Shown: positions 62,760 to 64,000 of the stretch, one piece after another
Position numbering within the stretch: the stretch's first letter is position 1
How the letters are laid out: every line of letters starts with the position of its first letter
Assembly (NCBI RefSeq): GCF_006345805.1
Contig: NC_042999.1
Coordinates: 115,506,001 to 115,570,000 of the forward strand
DNA length: 64,000 nucleotides
Direction of reading: 5' to 3'
Origin: Octopus sinensis
Lineage: Eukaryota
Made by a program: the position numbers and the translations under genes
Notes under the pieces: generated by a model
What the model was told of the DNA's origin: nothing
Databases searched by the model: none
What the model saw: the letters and a program-made list of their open reading frames with translations, nothing else

Positions 62760-63270
62760 ATGAATGTTGTGATCAACGTATTTGAGTATCATAGGAAAGT
62801 GCACTCTATGATTGTTCCCCTAGCGACTCTGTTGAAATTCTCCAGAGAAAGGAAAGTTATTAAGAGTTTGGACGAATTCGACTAAGGGATGGACTTTTGT
62901 TAGAGTTGACCGTCCAGTATTTTGTTAAGGAGTGACAGGCTGTCATTGTGGGATATAACTGTGTAGAGTTATTTAATGTCTGTGGAGAAAATGCATTTGG
63001 AGTGTCCGGGCGGAAAAAGAACGAGTTGAAAAGGTTTAGGACATAGTCAGTGACTTTAATATGTGAGGGTAAGGCGACGACAAGTGGTGATAGTATTTCG
63101 TCAAGATACGCTGAGAGAAGTTCAGATCAGCAGTTACAAATGTAGATGATAGGGTGGCTGGAGTTGTTTTGTTTGCGGGTTTTGGGGACGAAGTAGATGG
63201 AAGTACAGGGTATGGTTACAATGCAATTAGTGGCAGAGGGTGGAAGTGAGGTGAAAGAGGTAATTTCTTT
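62760..63270 (-). mobile_element. Penelope-like (Neptune-type) reverse transcriptase fragment
   Basis: Minus strand PCTSIYFVPKTRKQNNSSHPIIYICNC*SELLSAYLDEILSPLVVALPSHIKVTD matches the PLE FY.LPKIHK...RPIV pattern; NNFPFSGE further on. Confidence 0.8.
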
Positions 63271-63289
63271 TCAAAAATTTTATTCGAAT

Positions 63290-63480
63290 GAATCGACTCC
63301 AGTATTTGTATTTTAAGCCTGGTTCTTATTCTATAGGACACTTTGCCGAATCGCTGAGTTACAGGAATACAAACACATTAACACCGGGTGTCAAGCGGTG
63401 GTGGAGGGAAAAACACAAACACAAAGGCACACAAATATACAAAAAGTTACTATACACTTGTAAGTCCACAAAATCACTAT
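63290..63480 (-). mobile_element. SINE family B fragment
   Basis: Reverse complement of the family B 3' half. Confidence 0.65.
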
Positions 63481-63562
63481 ACGCTTAATAAATTCCTAAA
63501 AATTACACAAGAAACTGAGTTTATTCATATTGTTGTGGAGGTATACAGCTAGCCCTTGAGGG

Positions 63563-64000
63563 TTAGCTGTAAACCTCCACATGAGTGTCTCCATTTTCGA
63601 CAACCTTCAGCCACCTTCGGAGGCAGGCCTCTCCGACATTTGGCAGCATCACTGCCTCGGCTTCGCTGCAGGCCTTGCAGATTCTTTCTTCAAACTCTAA
63701 CAGGTCACGGGGCTTAGTGACATAAACCTTGCTTTTGATGTAGCCCCACATAAAAAGTCACAAGGTGTGAGGTCAGGGGAGAGCGGAGCCCATTCCAGGG
63801 GACCCTTCGACCGATCCATCGGTCAGGGAACTTGATGTTCAAGAAATCTCTCATTAACCTGGCAAAGTGGGGAGGAGATCCGTCTTGTTGAAAAATAACA
63901 TTAGAAATATCACTCCTCGCCTGAAGTTGAGGCACAGCAAGCTACTGCAGTATCACCAGGTAATTTTCCCCTGTAACGGCGGTCGGGTTACCGGATGTAT
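63563..64000 (-). mobile_element. Tc1/mariner (rosa/DD41D-like) transposase C-terminal part; runs off the window edge
   Basis: VIFQQDGSPPHF...FPDRWIGRR and, after a frameshift, MWGYIKSKVY...LEFEERI. Confidence 0.88.

Overview
AT-rich, microsatellite-dense eukaryotic (animal) genomic DNA. My best inference is a coleoid cephalopod such as Octopus, based on recalled SINE families; I could not verify this. I can support no intact host gene, rRNA, genuine tRNA or CRISPR array, and most ORF-track entries are translations of (AT)n, (AC)n, (ATAC)n or (ATCT)n repeats. The window is a layered collection of decayed mobile elements. DNA transposons: several Tc1/mariner relics (mariner DD34D, DUF4817/rosa-like, maT-like), two hAT transposase relics, a Helitron helicase relic with nested insertions, and MITEs, one carrying TTAGGG repeats. 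Retroelements: two Ty3/Gypsy fragments, RLE-type (R4/Dong-like) LINE fragments embedded in microsatellites, several Penelope-like element (PLE) relics, and many tRNA-derived SINEs. The leads most worth following are: (1) a near-complete type I hammerhead ribozyme fold (49351-49446, minus) inside a ~600-bp ORF-less unit bounded by ~110-bp inverted repeats; (2) minimal PLE-type hammerhead motifs, a tandem pair at 5372-5514 and one at 36941-36978; (3) a tandem ORF1-only (RRM + CCHC) retroelement at 24.6-27.2 kb whose 3' tail is shared with a SINE at 37.4 kb; (4) a same-orientation stack of RLE LINE pieces in (ATAC)n repeats; (5) a TTAGGG-carrying MITE with an exact 8-bp TSD. All family assignments come from motif recognition by eye, not database searches.
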